Translations under genes and position numbers: made by a program
The notes under the pieces: generated by a model
What the model was told of the DNA's origin: nothing
Databases searched by the model: none
Seen by the model: the letters and a program-made list of their open reading frames with translations, nothing else
From: a virus
Taxonomy: Duplodnaviria; Caudoviricetes
Length of the DNA: 26,846 bases
IMG/VR virus record: IMGVR_UViG_3300022178_003971
Coordinates: 1-26,846 of that record
Reading direction: 5' to 3' (one strand)
Shown: in pieces, positions 24,306-26,846 of the stretch
Layout: each line of letters starts with the position of its first letter
Position numbering within the stretch: position 1 is the stretch's first letter

Positions 24306-24313
24306 TATAAATA
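24306..24313 (+). promoter_or_regulatory. T4-type late promoter (TATAAATA) for gp3
   Basis: Exact consensus immediately after the terminator; SD GAGGT follows. Confidence 0.82.
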
Positions 24314-24331
24314 ATAGCAGAGGTCTATTAT

Positions 24332-24856
24332 ATGAGTGCAGTATCTAACCAACCATCGAATAGAAATATGTTGTCGCCAACTGGCTTTCGGTTTATATTG
24401 AATCGCACTCCAGGTGTTAACTATTTTACTTACAACGTACCTATTCCTACCTTATCTTTAGGGGACATCGACGAAGAAAATCCCTTCGTGCGTTTACCAT
24501 ATCCTGGAGACAAGTTAAGATACGAGCCCCTCTCTCTTCGATTCAGAGTCGATGAGGATCTAAAGAATTACATGGAAATACATAACTGGCTTGTATCGCT
24601 AGGTATGCCTGAATCTTTTGATCAATCCGCATATAAAAAGACAGAAAGCACAACCTTCAAATCTAGCAATATATATTCCGATGGATCATTGATGCTGCTA
24701 ACAAGCAATCAAAATCCTAATCTCCAAGTTAATTTCTCTGATATGTTTCCCATAAGTCTAACAGAGCTCAATTTTGATGCTACTGATACAGACGTCACCT
24801 ATCTCGAGGCAACAGTTACTTTTAGATATAGAATATATCAAATAGTTGAAGTGTGA
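24332..24856 (+). CDS. gp3: Tail tube terminator / tail completion protein gp3
   Basis: NMLSPTGFRF, PGDKLRYEPL.LRFRVDEDLKNYMEIHNWL, SDGSL, F.DMFPISL and YLEATVTFRY; synteny gp23-gp3-uvsY-uvsW. Confidence 0.88.
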   Translation: MSAVSNQPSNRNMLSPTGFRFILNRTPGVNYFTYNVPIPTLSLGDIDEENPFVRLPYPGDKLRYEPLSLRFRVDEDLKNYMEIHNWLVSLGMPESFDQSAYKKTESTTFKSSNIYSDGSLMLLTSNQNPNLQVNFSDMFPISLTELNFDATDTDVTYLEATVTFRYRIYQIVEV

Positions 24857-24874
24857 CCCGGTTAGAGGTATAAT
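24846..24874 (+). promoter_or_regulatory. Putative sigma70-type promoter for uvsY-uvsW (TTGAAG-N17-TATAAT)
   Basis: TTGAAG at 24846-24851, perfect TATAAT at 24869-24874, 17-nt spacer; sits at the switch from structural to recombination genes. Confidence 0.65.
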
Positions 24875-24904
24875 TAATAGTTAGTAATTTAATTGGGTTA
24901 TATA

Positions 24905-25345
24905 ATGAAAGTAGATGAAATAACAGCCATGTGGCTAAAAGATGCAGTAATAGATGATGTTGAGCTGGATACTGAAAGTTTAAAAATTCCCTCGCTCCAC
25001 GCCAAGTACCTCAAGGTACTATACGAAGAAAAGCTCAAGCTAAAGAGCTACGTCATCAAGAGAAAAACCTTCGCGCGAGTACTATCAGAGTACTACAGGG
25101 GAGATCTAAATAATAAAGAGGATCTTGAAGAGATAGGAAGAGACCCATGGTCTAGAACTGTTCTCAAACAAGACATAGCAAGTTATGTCGATAGTGATCA
25201 TGATATGATTAAACTTCTCACGAAGATGTCGTATCAAGAAGAGGTAGTTTCGTTATTGGAAGACATTCTGAAAAATATTAACAACAGAGGTTTCCAGATA
25301 AAAAATACTATTGATTGGAGAAGACTTACCCAGTTCGGTATATAG
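24905..25345 (+). CDS. uvsY: Recombination mediator UvsY
   Basis: Likely start ATG at 24905. Motifs W.KDAVIDD.ELDTESLKIPSLHAKY, EYYRG and NINNRGFQIKNTIDW. Confidence 0.93.
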   Translation: MKVDEITAMWLKDAVIDDVELDTESLKIPSLHAKYLKVLYEEKLKLKSYVIKRKTFARVLSEYYRGDLNNKEDLEEIGRDPWSRTVLKQDIASYVDSDHDMIKLLTKMSYQEEVVSLLEDILKNINNRGFQIKNTIDWRRLTQFGI

Positions 25346-25349
25346 AGAA

Positions 25350-26795
25350 TTGATTACATTATACAAAGTGAATGAGACGTACCTGAGAGTTGAGTGTTCT
25401 GGTGGAATTAGACGTGAATTAAGTGAATTCTTTTCGTTCTATGTGCCAGGATATAAATTCATGCCGCTTTTTAAAAACAAAATGTGGGATGGAAAGATTA
25501 GAATTTTCAACCTCGACTCTACTTTGTATATTGGTCTTCTCCCTTACGTACTATCGTTTGCCAAAGATAGAGATTATGATGTCGATATACAGGACGACCT
25601 TGACTACAATAACGAATGTTCCCTTCAAGAAGTCTCCGACTTCGCTACCGATCTCAATATCCCTCTTACGCCTAGAGACTACCAATTAGAGGCAGTAGCA
25701 CACTGTATACGCAACGATAGAGCATTGATCCTGTCCCCGACATCATCAGGCAAGTCACTAATAATATATCTTCTAACTCAATTCTACCAAGACTACAAAA
25801 CTATCATCGTCGTTCCAACAGTGTCCTTAGTACATCAAATGAACACGGATATGATATCGTATGGATACACAGGAACTAATAAGCTAATAACAGCTGGCGT
25901 AGATAAAGAGAATATACAAGATAACATTACAATCACTACGTGGCAATCAATACACAAAATGCCTAAGAAGTGGTTTGATCAATTTGGCATTGTCATCGGG
26001 GACGAAGCCCATCTTTTCAAAGCAAAGTCACTAACGTCAATAATGACAAAGATGACAAACTGCAAATACAGGTTCGGTTTTACTGGTACGTTAGACGACA
26101 CTGAGACACATCGACTAGTATTAGAAGGTCTATTCGGAGGAGTCAAATCCTTTGTCAAAACAAAAGACTTGATTGCAAGTGGAACTGTTGCAGACCTGAC
26201 TATAAAAATATTAGTCCTGAAGTATTCAGAAGAGACGTGTAAAGCATCTAAGTCTATAACAAAGTATCACGATGAGATGGACTTTATTGTTCGCAATGAA
26301 AGACGTAACAAATTCATAACCAACCTCGTGCACTCGCTGGAAGGCAATACGCTGCTTCTTTTTCAGTATGTGGACAAGCACGGAAAAGTTTTGTACGAGC
26401 AAATAAAACACAAGCTCGATCCCAAAAGAAAGATATTTTTTGTTAGTGGAGGCACAGACGCTGAGACGAGAGAAAGTATACGAGCTATAACGGAGCGAGA
26501 GGACGGCGCTGTAATAGTGGCATCGTATGGAACATTCAGCACGGGTGTAAACATTAGAAATCTTCACAATGTAATATTTGCATCACCCTCCAAATCTAAA
26601 ATACGAAATCTTCAATCGATAGGAAGAGGTCTACGTAAATCAGAATCTAAGAAAGCGTGCACGTTGTACGACATAGCAGATAATCTTCAGCATGGCCAGA
26701 AAATAAACTATACCCTGAAGCATCTTTATGAAAGAGTGAAAGTATATAACCAAGAGCAGTTCAAGTATAAAATTTATAAGATTAATCTGGAGTAA
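25350..26795 (+). CDS. uvsW: SF2 DNA helicase UvsW (start uncertain: TTG 25350 or TTG 25311)
   Basis: WDGKIRIF, PRDYQ, SPTSSGKS (Walker A), GDEAH, GFTGT, ASYGTFSTGVNI and LQSIGRGLR. Confidence 0.95.
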   Translation: MITLYKVNETYLRVECSGGIRRELSEFFSFYVPGYKFMPLFKNKMWDGKIRIFNLDSTLYIGLLPYVLSFAKDRDYDVDIQDDLDYNNECSLQEVSDFATDLNIPLTPRDYQLEAVAHCIRNDRALILSPTSSGKSLIIYLLTQFYQDYKTIIVVPTVSLVHQMNTDMISYGYTGTNKLITAGVDKENIQDNITITTWQSIHKMPKKWFDQFGIVIGDEAHLFKAKSLTSIMTKMTNCKYRFGFTGTLDDTETHRLVLEGLFGGVKSFVKTKDLIASGTVADLTIKILVLKYSEETCKASKSITKYHDEMDFIVRNERRNKFITNLVHSLEGNTLLLFQYVDKHGKVLYEQIKHKLDPKRKIFFVSGGTDAETRESIRAITEREDGAVIVASYGTFSTGVNIRNLHNVIFASPSKSKIRNLQSIGRGLRKSESKKACTLYDIADNLQHGQKINYTLKHLYERVKVYNQEQFKYKIYKINLE

Positions 26796-26797
26796 GT

Positions 26798-26846
26798 ATG
26801 GATTGGGAAATACGGTTGATTAAGCTGATAACAGGTGAGACATTAG
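26798..26846 (+). CDS. Start of a hypothetical protein (MDWEIRLIKLITGETL...), truncated by window edge
   Basis: ATG 2 nt after the uvsW stop with SD GGAG. An IKLITGE-type N-terminus is common in the small protein following uvsW in T4-like phages (from memory). Confidence 0.6.
   Translation, partial: MDWEIRLIKLITGETL

Noticed and set aside
661-25345. Stop-codon reassignment (several genes end in TAG)
   Set aside because: TAG, TAA and TGA fall at the expected ends of conserved proteins and core genes are full length under the standard code.
427-26567. Many minus-strand and nested alternative-frame ORFs in the ORF track (e.g. 17105..17686, 16607..17071, 12742..13206, 23198..23491)
   Set aside because: They overlap well-supported + strand genes almost entirely and show no recognisable motifs; they are expected shadows of codon bias in S/T/G/A-rich genes.

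Overview
Core morphogenesis region of a T4-like myovirus. Gene order and the absence of gp24 after gp23 suggest an aquatic/marine-type lineage (inference; host unknown). All credible genes are on the + strand: neck gp13 (partial), gp14, tail terminator gp15, terminase gp16, an inserted thermonuclease, gp17, sheath gp18, tube gp19, a small virion-type protein and portal gp20. A ~10 kb accessory island of seven fibre/decoration-type genes (9605-19593) follows, then a gp67-like core protein, two small head-region proteins, protease gp21, a free-standing GIY-YIG homing endonuclease, scaffold gp22, major capsid gp23, gp3, UvsY, UvsW and the start of one more gene. T4-type late promoters (TATAAATA) precede the main late genes. 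The most interesting signal is in the island. Its proteins carry recurring short acidic C-terminal tails (DFGxx, or [D/E]GGx[F/Y]-stop) and recurring N-terminal domains (KLRRGT..., or I[K/Q/T][L/I]KRS...ELAxN..D), distributed like plugs and sockets of a modular, possibly self-extending fibre. Several intergenic promoter/hairpin arrangements look like temporal switches, including a near-consensus antisense sigma70 promoter facing the nuclease gene. All family assignments come from motif recognition and synteny, not database searches.
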